DNA of 64,000 bases from Octopus sinensis (lineage: Eukaryota), in assembly GCF_006345805.1 (NCBI RefSeq), contig NC_043003.1, positions 105,338,001-105,402,000 on the forward strand. Direction: 5' to 3'. How positions within the stretch are numbered: the first letter of the stretch is position 1; every line of letters starts with the position of its first letter. The notes under the pieces were generated by a model. The model was not told the origin of the DNA and ran no database searches. It saw only the letters and a list, made by a program, of their open reading frames with translations. Made by a program: the position numbers and the translations under genes. Below are positions 24,546 to 37,890 of the stretch, one piece after another.

Positions 24546-24824
24546 TAGATTTATACAGTAAAACCAAAACACTGATAAAGAAGGCCCAACTGGACACATG
24601 AAGCACAGTTTCTTTCACAGTAAATTTTCAACCCTCACAGCTCCTCCAACTACATAAAATATCTCTGCAAATCACCCAGATACAACACCCAGAACACTAT
24701 TCTAAAAACACCACCTCCTCCATTCATTTCAAACGTAAAAAGCACATTCACATAAAAATATCTCAAAAAGCCACCCTGGGTTCTTTATTCAAAAATGTGC
24801 TTCTCATAAGCTTTAATGCACTCC

Positions 24825-25060
24825 TTACTCTTTTACTTGTTTCAGTCATTTGATAGTGGTCATGCTGGAGCACCACTTTTATTCGAGCAAATCAACCCCA
24901 GAACTTATTCTTTGTAAGCCTAGTACTCATTCTATCGGTCTCTTTTGCCGAACCGCTAAGTTACGGTGACATAAACACACCAGCATCAGTTGTCAAGAGA
25001 TGTTGGGGGGACAAACACTGACACACAAACATATACACGCACATATACATATATATATGC

Positions 25061-25121
<61 letters not shown>

Positions 25122-25135
25122 ATATATAGATATAT

Positions 25136-25179
<44 letters not shown>

Positions 25180-25368
25180 TATATATATATACACACACAT
25201 ATATACGACGGGCTTCTTTCAGTTTCCGTCTACCAAATCCACTCACAAGGCTTTGGTCGGCCCAAGGCTATAGTAGAAGAAACTTGTCCAAGGTGCCATA
25301 CAGTGGGACTGAATCCGGAACCATGTGGTTCGTAAGCAAACTACTTACCACACAGTCACTCCTGCGCC
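24825..25368 (-). mobile_element. SINE family A with expanded (TA)n
   Basis: Family consensus match. Confidence 0.9.
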
Positions 25369-25656
25369 TAAAAAGTTTTTCCTAAATTTGTGTTGCTGAA
25401 ATTGGAGCATGTCTAATTGTGCTTGTGAGTCTTTTATGCCATAAATATGATATTCGCAGAAATATCTGCTGCCTCTCGGTTTCAATACATTACTAAGATG
25501 CTCCACACTACCGAAAACAAAGTCTGGAGTGCAGCAGAGAGATTCCCTCTGCAGTCTTTTAGAAGTAACATCCCAATAGCCCTCAAATTACACGGCACCA
25601 CAAAATGTAGTCCGGGACAGACAAAAGTATACGCAAGAAATGGAGCAGTCGCAAGA

Positions 25657-26063
25657 AAGGCGGCAAGCTGGCAGAACCGTTAGCACGCCGGGCGAAATGC
25701 TTAGCAGTGTTTTGTCTGTCTTTACGTTCTGAGTTCAAATTCCGCCGAGGTCGACTTTGCCTTTCATCCTCTCGGGGTCGATAAATTAAGTACCAGTTAC
25801 GCACTGGGGTCGATGTAATTGACTTAATCCCTTTGTCTGTCCTTGTTTGTCCCCTCTATGTTTAGCCCCTCGTGGGCAGTAAAGAAATAGGTATCTCGTC
25901 TGCCACTACGTTCTGAGTTCAAATTCCACCAAGGTCAACTTTGCCTTTCATCCTTTCAGGGTTAATAAATTAAGTACCAGTTACGCACTGTGGTCGATAT
26001 AATCTCTTAATCCCTTTGTCTGTCCTTGTTTGTCCCCTCTATGTTTAGCCCCTTGTGGGTAAT
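25657..26063 (+). mobile_element. tRNA-derived SINE family C with internal tandem duplication and 19-bp TSD
   Basis: Head aaggcggc(g/a)agctggcaga...gagttcaaattcc. TSD aagaaatggagcagtc(g/a)ca at 25635-25653 and 26100-26118. Confidence 0.85.
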
Positions 26064-27234
26064 AAAAAAAAAATAATTAAAAAAATAAATAAATAAAATA
26101 AGAAATGGAGCAGTCACAGCTTTCATGTCCCTTAATTGTATGATTGCTTGATCATGACTAACCCGAGATTAAGCAAAAGCAACAAGACATAGAGAGGTAG
26201 AGTGGACAGGGGAGAGAATGCAATATCCCCCGTTGCAATTCATGCTGCACTCCATACAATTCAATGACAGCCTGTTGGAATGTCTACACGATGACCTTCA
26301 ATGAGGTGAATTTATTACATAACTGGGCAAAACAGATATGTGGGTCAGCCCTTGATATTCGCTTGACTAACTGCATCTTATAAAACTACTCACAGCTGAC
26401 CTAGATATCCATTGATACAACAATGGCCTAGGCTGTTATTTCTGCTTGTAATTTTCGTTTTGTACATTATTGCATTAGTTGTTGTTTAAAATGTTCAATA
26501 TTTGCTGTTTCAGTCTAAATATTTCACCATTAACTTTTTAATGGGTTAATCAGAAGAAGAGCAACATCTACAATCTTTACCGGAACATTCAAGACTGGTG
26601 GGAATATCATAATCATCATCGTCATCATCACACCACCACCAACACAAACACGACTACCATCACCATTACCATCATCATCATAACACCCACATTTCTATGC
26701 TTGCATGGGTTGGATGCAATTTGTTGAGGTGAATTTTCTGTGGCTGGGTGCCCTTCCTGTCACCAACCCCTCCCCTGTTTCCAAGCAAAGTAATAGTCCC
26801 TCATGGTTGGACATGTTCTTCACAGAAGACTGGATATGAAGGACACTTCTCGCATTTTGGTGACATTTGTTTGCACCTATCACATGAAGTCAAAGCAACG
26901 AGACAGTAACACACACACACACACACACAGGTATATAAAATGGGAATTTTTCTGCCGACTAAATCCTCTGGTTGGCTCTGAGCAATAGCAGAAGACACTT
27001 GTCCAAGGCATCACATGCAGTGGGAATTGAACCTGGAACCATGTAGTTGGGAAGCAAGCTTCTTACCACACAGCATTGCCAGGATCTGTGGCTGTGCGGT
27101 TCTTGTAGGAAACAGCAGATCAAGATAACAAGATGTCCACAGATTGGAAACCAGGATCTCAAAATGCAACAGAGTGGAATCTACTGAATGAACCCAAGAG
27201 TCAAGAGTTAGATTTAGTCAACTACTAAAGAACT

Positions 27235-27900
27235 GTACATTATTTACATTCGACGGATATTTGTCCTCATCTTGTTTGTTGTTAACATGTTTTGGCTGAT
27301 ATACCCTCCAGCCTTCATCAGGTGTCTTGGGGAAATTTTGACATTACCAATTTACTTCGAGTTGGCGAAGAAGAAATTAATAGGGGAAATACTGTGTCAA
27401 TATGATGAGGTAGAACTGGTCATGTTTTGTGTCTGTGTGTGCATTGGTCATTCAGTGGTGTCTGTTTATGTTCTGTGGCTGCTACTGTATTGGGTCATTC
27501 AAGTTGAATATGTGGTTCTCTGTTGGCTGCTGGCGCAAGGTTGTCTCTGGACAGTTTGCTTGGTGATGGCTCTCTTGCCTCTGGCTATCTCTCCTGCCGT
27601 CCCTTGATGGATTGCTGTATTTATAATGGTCCTGACAGCTAGAAGGACAGACATACCACAGGAGAAATTCCTACATATGTAGGTCACCTCCTGTCCACTT
27701 GAACCTTAAATGACACGGCTGAGGTCGTAGGTCAAAGGGAAAAACCAGCCATCACTTTTTGACAGGATAAAGAAATTTCTTTCACACCTGTTTAGCCAGT
27801 GGTGGATCAGACGAGCGAGAATACTTAAATTTGGTTTCGAATCTCAGCTCAGAAAAAGGATGTGTTAGTTTTTACAGCCTGTTTAATAAACTTCCAAACA
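27235..27900 (-). mobile_element. Penelope-like pseudo-LTR remnant with TATA box and degenerate hammerhead core
   Basis: Minus strand has TTATAAATA upstream and CTGATGA-aGGCTG...CAGCC-(A)AAAC near the 3' end. The same tail occurs at 53996-54095 and 54172-54272. Confidence 0.45.
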
Positions 27901-28605
27901 GGTTGTTTACCGAACCTCGTGAGTAGGTCTTGGTTTGACATGAGGCTGTGGCAGTAATGTAGGTAGTGGGTAACAAGGGGAGCACAGGGGCAGGGATCCT
28001 TACTCTGGCAATGATTTTATAGCGGCTGCAATTTTAGATCTGCTGTATAATCCTATTTAGGCTCGCAGGCCTGGAGGTAGGGTGGAAAACTGAAGAAGTA
28101 CCCAGGGTGGAATACACTCTTGCTACACCATTGGGCTGTAGTAGATAACATAGCAGATCCACTCAGAGCTTACGTGCACTAAGAATGTACATTAACTGGA
28201 AACTTATGTTCACAAAGTGCATGTGTTTGGTGAGAAATTATATGAATAATTTGGAAATAACAATGTTGAATGTGATAGTAGTACTAATAGTAGTAGAGGC
28301 AGTGGAAGTGACTGATGGGGGTGGAGGTGGTTAATGGGGGTAGCAGTGGGAGTTGTGAGATGTAATGGTGTAGAGAATAACAGGGAAGAAGATAAGTGTA
28401 AGAATAACAGTGGGGACTGGGGTGGGGGCAAATGGAAATTATGATGATTATAAGCATCATCATCATCAAATCATAGTGTTTATCATGGTAACTTTCATGC
28501 TGATAGTCATGATGATTATAGCATTTTTTTATACCAAATAACTCTGTAACCTAGTATTACACAGTGATACAATGTACTTGGTGTTAAGCCACCTCTTATC
28601 TAACC

Positions 28606-28653
<48 letters not shown>

Positions 28654-28714
28654 ATATTATATATATATATATATATTGCTTAAGTATCAGTTTCTCTTTC
28701 AAAGAAATATTATT

Positions 28715-29180
28715 AAATTTTTGCCGACTGACTGGCTACCGTGCCGGTGGCACGTAAAAAGTACCATTTGAGCGTAGTTGTTGCCAGTGCCCCCTGACTG
28801 ACTCCTGTGCCAGTGAGATGTAAAAACCACCATTTGAGTGTGGTTGTTGCCAGTGCCGCCTGACCAGCTTCAGTGCCGGTGGCACATAAAAAGCACCATT
28901 CGGGTGTGGTCAATGCCAGTGCTGCCTAACTCCCATGCCAGTGATACGTAAAAAGCACCATCCAAACATGGTCGATGCCAGTGCCACTTGACTGGCTCCC
29001 TTGTCAGTGGCACGTCAAAAGTACCTACTATACTCTCGGAGTGGTTGGCATTAGGAAGGGCATCCATCTGTAGATACATTATTAGATTGGATTGGAGCCT
29101 GGTGCTGTCTTCTGGCTTGCCAGCCCTCAGTCAAACCAGAATGGAAAGCAGATGCTAACGACAACGACGATGATGATGAT
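28715..29180 (+). mobile_element. RTE 3' UTR copy with about 5 VNTR units
   Basis: Repeated gtgccggtggcacgtaaaaagcaccatt units followed by the (GAT)n tail. Confidence 0.8.
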
Positions 29181-29639
29181 GTCTGTAATATAAAATGTTC
29201 ATTGTATGTAGATATGGATTAATTATCTCCACCTTATAAAAGAATACAAAATAAAACATACCATTGTTGTTGTTGTTGCTACTGCAGTCGGTAAATACAG
29301 CGCAATCAACATAGGCATGGTCATCATTCCCATTGCCACCACCACCACCACTGCTGCCACTTGTGTGTGTGTGTGTGTTTTCTCTCTTTTATAAATATGT
29401 GATAGTCTTCTGCACAGTTTCTTCCAACCAAATCTCTCTCACAGTTTATTGATTGACCTGAGATGACAGTAAAAGATGCCCTACAATGGGATCAGGTTCA
29501 GAACCATGTGGTTGTGAAGGGAACTTTTTAACCCTTCAGTTATGGTCACATCTAAATATAATTGCTTGGTTGTTTTTGTTCTTTTTTTAAAGCATTGCCT
29601 CTAGCATGGTTGTGTGGCTTAGAAATTCACTTTGTCAGC

Positions 29640-30021
29640 ATGAGTGGCTGTGTGATAAGTAGCTTGCTTACCAACCACATGGTTCCGGGTTCAGTCCCAC
29701 TGTGTGGCACCTTGGGCAAGTGTCTTCTACTATAGCCTGAGGCCGACCAAAGCTTTGTGAGTGGATTTGGTAGATGGAAACTGAAAGAAGCCCATTGTAT
29801 ATATGTATATATATGTATGTGTGTCTGTGTTTGTCCTCCCAACATCGCTTGACAGCCAATGCTGGTGTCTTTATATCCCTATCCCTATAACTTAGCAGTT
29901 CGGCAAAAGAGACCGATAGAATAAGTACTAGGCTTACAAAGAATAAGTCCTGGGGTCGATTTGCTTGACTAAAGGCGATGCTCCAGCATGGCTGCAGTCA
30001 AATGAGTGAAACAAGTAAAAG
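29640..30021 (+). mobile_element. SINE family A
   Basis: Family consensus match. Confidence 0.88.
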
Positions 30022-31107
30022 ATGATATGGATTTGAACTCAATGCCACTGTCTTCTGCCTTTGGCCAATCACTTCTGCTCTTGGTGGTAGACTTGATTTG
30101 ATGGCCCAGCTTAAGTCCAAAATCCAGTCTTTGGATGCGTTTGGCTGGATACAGTATGATGCAAGCACTTAAGTTATGTCTGTGGTTTGAAGAAAAAAAT
30201 ACCTGAAAAGGCTCAAGGGACTGAAACCAGTTATGAAGATAGACATGCCAAGCTGACCCCACTGAGGGCATTTAATTGATTTGAATTGATCAGACCCCAT
30301 CAAAGCCAGGTTTAATTACCATCTTCTTTATAATGTACTGTCATGAATAGAGCTGTCACAGTCTCAAAGGATATTCTTTCTCTGCTGACCTTTTGACCAT
30401 TTGCCATCTCATCTTACTGATTTGGCCACTCATATTCATCATCACTTTCATCATTCATGTACACCGTTGATTTGGTCACTCAAGTTCTGAGTTTAAGCCC
30501 TGCCAAGGTCAATTTTACCCTTCATCTGTTCAGTGTCAATAAGATAAAGTACCAGTTATGAACTGAGAACATTTCTCTTCCTCCTCTTCTTCTTCTGCTG
30601 CTTCTCCTCCCCTTCCTCCCATCTTCTTCTTTGTCTTTCACTTCCATCTCTCTCTTTCTTGCAGCAGGTCTAAAAATGTCCCAAACACATTGTATGCTAC
30701 AATGGTACCTGTATAAGTCCATCAAGAAGTTGAAGGCCCAGGGCAAGTTCAGCTGATTCCAACAGCGTCAAAATGGTGCTGGACAGAATGCTAATATGAC
30801 AGTTCTTTCTGCAAAACCCAATCAACCAACTTAACAAGGACAGTCAAGAGTTAATTATTGTGTCCAAACTAACGAACCCTCAGCTGGTTGCCTGATAGAC
30901 CATAGGTAACAAGAGGACAAAGGAGGGGTGCAAGTGAGCAAAGAAGGAAGGAAGAAAAAAAGGAGAGAGAAAGATGGAGGGAGAAGAAATTGATAAAGAG
31001 ATGACAAGAAGGCGGGAGGAGGAGAAACCCTTAAGGTAAAGTGATAGATATTGGAGTTACATAAAAATGAGGTTGCTGTCTTTAGAATGAGATCACCAAC
31101 CTTGGAA

Positions 31108-31500
31108 TGTTGTGTCTGGGGAGAGTCCTTCTCTTTTAGTGCTTTATTATTTAACACACTCACTGGCAAAGTTTCCACTCATTTATTTTTCTAAAATTTT
31201 CGTTGTGTCTTGCAAACTTTTCAATAGTCGTTGACTCTGTCTGTTATCCAAGCTGCATCCTTTTTGTTTGTTTGTGTGCATGTATGGGAGTCAGGGTGCA
31301 CAAACAAAAAGAACGCAGTTCCGATAACGGTTAGAGTCAACAACTATTGAAAATAAATGTGTAAATAAGGGGAAATTTTATCGGTGAGTGTGTTAAATTA
31401 TAAGGCACTAAAAGAGGATGACTCTCCCCAGACACAACAGAATATGCTTCAACACACAAACTCACATAAAGAATCTTGCAAACCAAATCCCAAAACGAAA
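31108..31500. repeat. Unclassified repeat with a ~60-bp internal inverted repeat and a fixed one-sided extension (copies at 33511-33700 and 41042-41360)
   Basis: tgtgtctggggagagtca...aacacactcac / gtgagtgtg...tgactctccccagacaca, always followed by atgcttcaacacac...cccaaaacgaaa. Confidence 0.7.
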
Positions 31501-31659
31501 CAACCTTAGAATATTTTATGATTATGTGAAAGTTGTAAAAGGATTTGAGGTTGTTCTTAAATGTCTGCAACAACATTTTAATTCTGTAATATCAAATGGA
31601 AATTTTCAATATTTTCAATAAATAAATTTTTTCAACAATTGTTAAAAATTATTTCCTGG

Positions 31660-32063
31660 CTGTTGTTTTGCAAACATTTTGTAACCATGTGACTTTGGGT
31701 TCAAACCAATTGCATGGCACCTTGGGCAAGTGTTTTCTAGTATGGCCTGGGCTAACCAATCCTTGTGAAGGGATTTGGTACATGAAAACTGTGTGGAAGT
31801 CCATTGTACGTGCATGTGTGTGTGTGTATGTAAGTATCTGTATGTAAGTGTGTGTCCGTATTTGCTTCACCACTATTGCTTCATAACCTGTGTTGGTTTG
31901 TTTACATTCCTGTAACTGAGCAGTTCAATGAAACAGACCAAAAGAATGTGTACCAAACTTTAAAAAAATAACTACTGGAATCAATTTGTTCAAGTAAAAC
32001 CCTTTCAGAGCAGTGTTCCAGCATGGCCACAGTCCATTGACTGAAACAAATAAAGGATAAAAG
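31660..32063 (+). mobile_element. Old, diverged SINE A-related copy (another at 33130-33495)
   Basis: Degenerate head, core and tail in the correct order. Confidence 0.65.
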
Positions 32064-32489
32064 AATCAACTTATTTTTCAGTCATTTCAATTTATCAAAA
32101 TGTCTCCAACCCATTCCCCCCCCCCCATTATTTTGTATCCATTATTTGATGCAAGGACCAGTAAAATGGCTTCTGTGGGTTTCTGTTTTCCTTTTTACAG
32201 TTTGATGCTCATCTTACTATTAAGGTGCCATTTCGAACATATCAAGCAACCATTTAGAGCTCCCCCTCATTTGCTGGCTTACAATGCATCTGTTGCTATC
32301 ATCATCGTTTAACGTCTGCTTTTTTGAGTTTTGCAGAAGCATAACCAAATTATTACACGTAAATTTTAGCAACATGGACTCCCAAGGACCATATGGGCCA
32401 TGATTGAGGACCACTGATCTTATATGGGACTTGGGGTCAGTAAACTTAGTAGTACATTGGGATTTTCAACAGTGAAAATGCCAGGATAC

Positions 32490-32852
32490 CATTTTCTCCA
32501 CCCATCTAACACCCGTGGACATATTTACAAAGTCAGAAAACAGCACAGCTCCCATGACTTCAGGAAACATTTTTTCAGGCTGAGAGTTGCTGAAGCATGG
32601 AACAAACTGCCGGCATCAGTTGTTAGTTGTTGGAGCACTGCATCCTTCAAGACTTCCATGCTTTCTGAGATTCACCAACACTACACCTGATTTTCTCCCC
32701 TCCATACACACACAAGCATGTATCTGACTCATACATTGTTCGCTTTCCAGACATTTTTACATTACTGCATGTACTTTATATGCATTTTCTGACAAGTTGT
32801 GGTGCACCTGAGCACTGTATACAATAATTCCATTATTATTATTATTATTATA
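32490..32852 (+). mobile_element. CR1/L2-type LINE 3' end with (ATT)n tail (second tail at 32895-33096)
   Basis: TRGHIYKVRK...RKHFFRLRVAEAWNKLPASVV...FK is the canonical CR1/L2 ORF2 C-terminus. Confidence 0.8.
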
Positions 32853-33794
32853 TATTATTATTTTTTTTTTATATATGTAAAATCAATCCTTTATAACTTC
32901 CATGCTTCCTGAAATTCGCCAACACTACACCTGACATCCCCCACTCCATAGGCATGTACACATGTCTATTAGGACTCACTGTTCACTTACCTGACTTTTG
33001 TACATAATTCTATGCACCATACATACACCTTTAATGAGTTGTAGTGCACCTGAGCACTGTACACAATAATTTCATTATTATTATTATTATTATTTTAAAA
33101 TACACACACGTGTGCATGTGTATTAGTAAGACTGTGTGGTTAAGAAGTTCGCAACTACGTGGTTTCAAGTTCCCTGGCTAGTGTCTTCCACCAGAGTTCC
33201 TGGCCGGCCGGTTCTTTGAGAGTGAATCTGGCAAACGGAAACTGTGTGCAAACGGAAGCTTATCGCGCGTGTGTATATATTATTATTTCTATGTATATGT
33301 CCTGTGATTTTGTGTTTGACAACGTCTCTCCTCGCTACCGCTTAACAGCCGGTGCTGGTTTGTTTACGTATCGTAGTGGTTCGGCGAAAAAGACCAACAG
33401 AATAAGTACTGAGGTCGATTCATTCAACTGAAATCCACAAAGGCGGTGCTACAGCATGGCAGTAGTACAATCTCTGAAACAAGCAAAAAATAAAAGTATA
33501 TATATATATAGTGTCTAGGGAGAGTCATTCTCTTTTAGCGCCTTATCTAACACACTCACCGGTTCGATTTCCACTCATTTACTTATTTTTTCTAAAATCG
33601 AACCTGTGTTTTAAATAATAAGACACTAAAAGAGACTGACTCTCACCAGACACGATAAAATATGCTTCAACACACGAATTCACATAAAGAATCTTACAAA
33701 GCAACAAAAAAAAAAAAACTATGTATGTATATATATATATATGGCGATCCCGTTTCCGTTCGTCGGACAGTTTTTGCTAGAATTCTAGCAAAAA

Positions 33795-33832
33795 CTGTCC
33801 GATGAACGGCAACGGGAAACTCAGAGTAACAG
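33795..33832 (+). ncRNA. Minimal type-I hammerhead-ribozyme-like motif (core variant CCGAUGA)
   Basis: CTGT-CCGATGA-ACG[GCAA]CGG-GAA-ACTC-A-GAGT-A-ACAG. Confidence 0.5.
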
Positions 33833-33934
33833 GTTTTGTTGAATTTTCTGCTGCTTTAAATAAAGCATATTACTCTACCACTGGTATTTGAGTACTCTTT
33901 TTTCCACCTTGTTTCACATTTATGTGTTTACTCC

Positions 33935-33996
<62 letters not shown>

Positions 33997-35388
33997 CGTC
34001 TCTGCGGGCTTACATTTGTAACATGAGGAAGTATTTGTTCTACATAAAGCTGAAAATATTTTTTTCATCTAAAAAAAGACCCTACTGGTTCTGATACCTG
34101 TGCGTGCTACAACTAACAGAAGACAAAATACCTGTATACTACGTGCGTATTTTAGTTGTTAAACATCTATCATGCTGCTGCTTCACGCAATAAAAGACAG
34201 CTTGATGGGGGCAACGTGGAAGGCACTGTAGTCTATAGAGATGCTAGAAATAGCTGTCAAACAATACCCTTGCGACGTAAGATAGGACACACCGAACAAT
34301 GAGGGCCTAAGCGAACTGTTCGCCGCAAAAACTGGAAAAATCACATTTGTAATGCTTTTGGTCATAGGTTCTGCTCAATCGGAGTTGATATGGGGACAGA
34401 TCTCTTTAATGTAGATTGACAGAATGTATAAAATGACAAAATTAAAAATTAACATTTTCGTGGTGATAATAATCTGAGTGTCCATATAAAAATATATACA
34501 GTCGACTACAATTATAATCACATCGATTGTTATTATTATAAATAATTATTATTATTATAGTGTGACTAAGCATAATGATTTTGGTGGAGGGGAAATAATA
34601 GGGGACTAGACAAGGTTGTGGCTTGAAATAGTATGACAGTCTTATATAAATGTGAACTCTAAATATACCCACAACCTTACTTCGAACACACAAATATATT
34701 GACTCAATTTCCGCAAAATTTAAACGCATTTTTAAATACCAACATATATTTCAAATATTAAAATATAACAAAGGAATTAGAATAATAAAGCAGAATATAT
34801 GTTCCACTATACGATGATCAAATGCGTAAAAGAAAATCCGGTTTCAATTCCGGACTGAAGATATTTGTAGTTTTCTTACTCCTCGAATATACTAGAGGAA
34901 AAGTGTGAACAACAGAAATGCCCATTTGTCCCGGTTCTTAAAACTAAACGACCTTTCGTCCAAGTAACCAAATATTTCAATATATTGTTGAAAGCGTGAA
35001 CCAAAATCGCGATACGGTTTCGATTCTCAAATGAAATAAAATTCATTTTATTTCAAGCATTTCTAAAATCCTTCAGAAAGGTGTGAACATCACAACACAA
35101 TTTTAATTTCCTCATCACTTAATAATCAGACACCTGTCTACGTGAGACAAAAAAAAATCAATTATACTACTATACACGGCCAGATACAACATTTTGATAT
35201 TAAATATGTTTTCATTACTCTGACGATGATAAAGGTCGCACAAACGATATCCTTGTGTTTTATGCTAAGTGTAACATTTCTTTAAATAATTCGCCCGATC
35301 AGTGATATAGGTTAGACATAAGAATGACTTTGAGGTGTAGGAGCAAACAACCAGGCAATGTCATGACCTCAGAAGTTAAAAGTACCGG

Positions 35389-35414
35389 CCAATATCAACG
35401 TCACGCCTACGTCA
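35389..35414. promoter_or_regulatory. Candidate promoter (CCAAT box plus two CRE half sites) in a CpG-retaining, repeat-poor island
   Basis: CCAAT at 35389-35393 and ACGTCA at 35398-35403 and 35409-35414. The surrounding 34.2-35.5 kb retains CpG, and a minus-strand donor GAA|gtaagg lies at 34681/34680. Confidence 0.35.
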
Positions 35415-35614
35415 CATATTCTACTACAATAGCGCAAACACAAACCAAAAAACAAACAAAAAAAAGATAAAGAAAATGTTCTTACGGAAGACTCTACATG
35501 TCTAAATTGCAGAATCAGACTAAGAACTATTTTTGCCCTGCAACACAATAAATGAATAAATAAATAAAATGATGATAGTAATAACTAATTCTCGCTTATT
35601 GGCCACAAGGGCTA

Positions 35615-36450
35615 ACATCATCATTTAGCATCCATTGTCTATGCTGGCATGGGTTGGATGGTTTAACCAGGGCTGGTAAGCTTGAAGGCTGCACCAGACC
35701 CCAGTCTGATTTGGTATGGTTTTCTATGGCTGGCTGCCCTTCCTAACGCCAATGACTCCAAGAGTGTAATGGCTGCTTTCACATGCCACCAGCATGGGTC
35801 CCATTTGCATGACGCCCGTTTCTGCCACAACTGCGGTTTTACTTGGCTTGAGTGGTCTTCTCAAGCACAATATAATGCCAAAGATCTCGGTTATTTCCAA
35901 CACTCAAAAGGAGCTCAACCACATTGCCTCTGTGTGGTTCAGCACTCAAAAGGCGCTTTTTAATGTGCCACCGGCACATGGCACCAGCATCAGTCACAAT
36001 TGTGATTTCACTTGGCTTGAAGGGTCTTCTCAAGCACAGCATATCGCAAAGGTCTCAGTCACTAGTCATTGCTTCTTTGAGGCCCAAAGTTCACAGATAA
36101 TGCTTCACCACCTCATCTCATATCTTCCTGGGTCCGTATTCCATGCTGGCATGGGTTGGATAGTTTGACTGGGGACTAACAAGCCAGGAGGCTGCACCAG
36201 GCTCCAATCTGACCTGGCATTGTTTCTACAGCTGGATGCCCTTCCTAATGCCAACCACTTTGAGAGTGTAGTGGGTGCTGTTTACGTTCCACTGGCACGG
36301 GAGCCAGTCAGGCGGCCCTGGCATCGGCCACATTCGGATAGTGCTTTTTATGTGCCACTGGCACAGGAGCCTGTCAGAGCATGGGGGCTGGCATCGACCA
36401 CATTAGGATGGTGTCTTTTTACGTGCTGCTGGCACATAGAGCCAGTCAGG
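35615..36450 (-). mobile_element. Two adjacent 5'-truncated RTE copies
   Basis: Two occurrences of the catgctggcatgggttggat...gatgcccttcctaatgccaac tail region, with ORF2-end and VNTR sequence. Confidence 0.75.
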
Positions 36451-36477
36451 TGGCATTGGTAAAGTACTGGAAAGTAA

Positions 36478-36965
36478 GAAATACAAGATGTTGTGTGATT
36501 TTAACTTTCAGACTGACAGACTAATAGAAGCTAGAAGGTCTGATTTGGTAGTAGTAGATAAAGAGAATAGAAAGTGCCAAATAATTGACTTTACAGTTTC
36601 AAATGATGAAAAAATTAATATGAGAGGTATAGAAAAAACAGTGAAGTACCAGGACCTAGCTATTGAATTACAGAGACTATGGAAAGTGCAGGTAAAATGT
36701 ATCCCAGTAGTTATAGGTGCATCGGGAACTGTCCCAAAATATCTGAACAGATGGATAGAGGAAATAGGGATAAAACCCAGTTTAGTACAGCTGCAGAACA
36801 CAGTGTTATTAGGGACAGCTAGGATACTTAGGAGGGTTCTCGGCTTTTTAAGGTTACTTGTTGTAGCCTGATGTTAGGATTTGTTTCTTTTCCAAAAGTC
36901 TAATCTGTTGAGGGTATATGAAAATAACAACAACAACAATAATAATAATAATTATTATTATTATT
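36478..36965 (+). mobile_element. 3' end of an R4/Dong-like non-LTR retrotransposon with a restriction-like endonuclease (RLE) domain and (AAT)n tail
   Basis: R(S)DLVVVDK...IIDF...EK..KYQDL...IPVVIGA.GT...TARILRRVL matches the RLE PD-(D/E)xK domain. Confidence 0.85.
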
Positions 36966-37373
36966 ATAATCTGTCCTGTTGGGGTACAGTGGCATCCCAT
37001 CAGTTGCCAGTATTTTGGTCAGGTCCCTTGTCTGGGAATAACTTCCTCCCTTCCTTCCATCTGTCTTGGATGCCCTGGGATAGGTTATACGTACTAGCCT
37101 TTCTCTTCTAAGTCGGGTGAGATGGAGTGTTATAGATTGAGATTAAGTTCAGAAAACAATAATGATAATAAAGATAACAGCTAACAGAGGCGACATATAA
37201 CTGTCGATTGTTGATATAACATTTTTGACAACATTGTTAAAATCAAAAGAAAGGTCACCTATCACTCTATTTCTAACAAGTTAATCATTTAAGTTTAACA
37301 CACATATCTAATACAGAAGTTGTGTGATATAATATAGTATCTTGTTAATCTGATCAAAGAGGAGAACCAGGTA

Positions 37374-37890
37374 CATCATCATCATCATCATCGTTTAGTG
37401 TCCATTTTCCATGCCAGCATGGGTTGGACGGTGCAACTGGGGTCTGGGAAGCCAGAAGGCTGCACCAGGCCCAGTCTGATCTGGCAATGTTTCTACGGCT
37501 GGATGCCCTTCCTAACGCCAACCACTCCATGAGTGTAGTGGGTGCTTTTTACGTGCCACCGGCACAGGTGCCAGACGAGGCTGGCAAACAGCCATGATCG
37601 GATGGTGCTTTTTACGTGCCACCGGCACGGAAGCCAGTCATGGCGGCGCTGGCAACGACCACGTTTGGATGGTTCTCTTATGTGCCACCGGCACTGGTAT
37701 CACAGCTACAATTTCCATTCATGTTCATCGATTTTGATTTTGATTTTTGATTTTCACTTGCCTCAATAGGTCTTCACAAGTAGAGTTTTGTGTCCCAAGA
37801 AGGAAAGGTATGCATAAGTGGACTGAGGCCATGGGTTATGGTCTCACTTGTCCTGTCGGGTCTTCTCAAGCACAGAATACTTCCAAAGGT
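37374..37890 (-). mobile_element. 5'-truncated RTE LINE copy
   Basis: Same ORF2 end, VNTR and (CAT)n tail on the plus strand. Confidence 0.8.

Noticed and set aside
24961-25385. Many ORFs rich in YIYI/CVCV/HTHT (also 9450, 10930, 16091, 61382, 63513)
   Set aside because: They are translations of (TA)n/(TG)n microsatellites and SINE bodies, not genes.
28300-28435. G-run clusters with G-quadruplex potential (also 6716-6800 and 1866-1876)
   Set aside because: They lie in low-complexity or repeat sequence with no functional context.
28715-29030. Regularly spaced palindromic repeats resembling a CRISPR array
   Set aside because: The intervening sequences are homologous to each other, the context is eukaryotic and there are no cas genes. 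This is the RTE 3' UTR VNTR.
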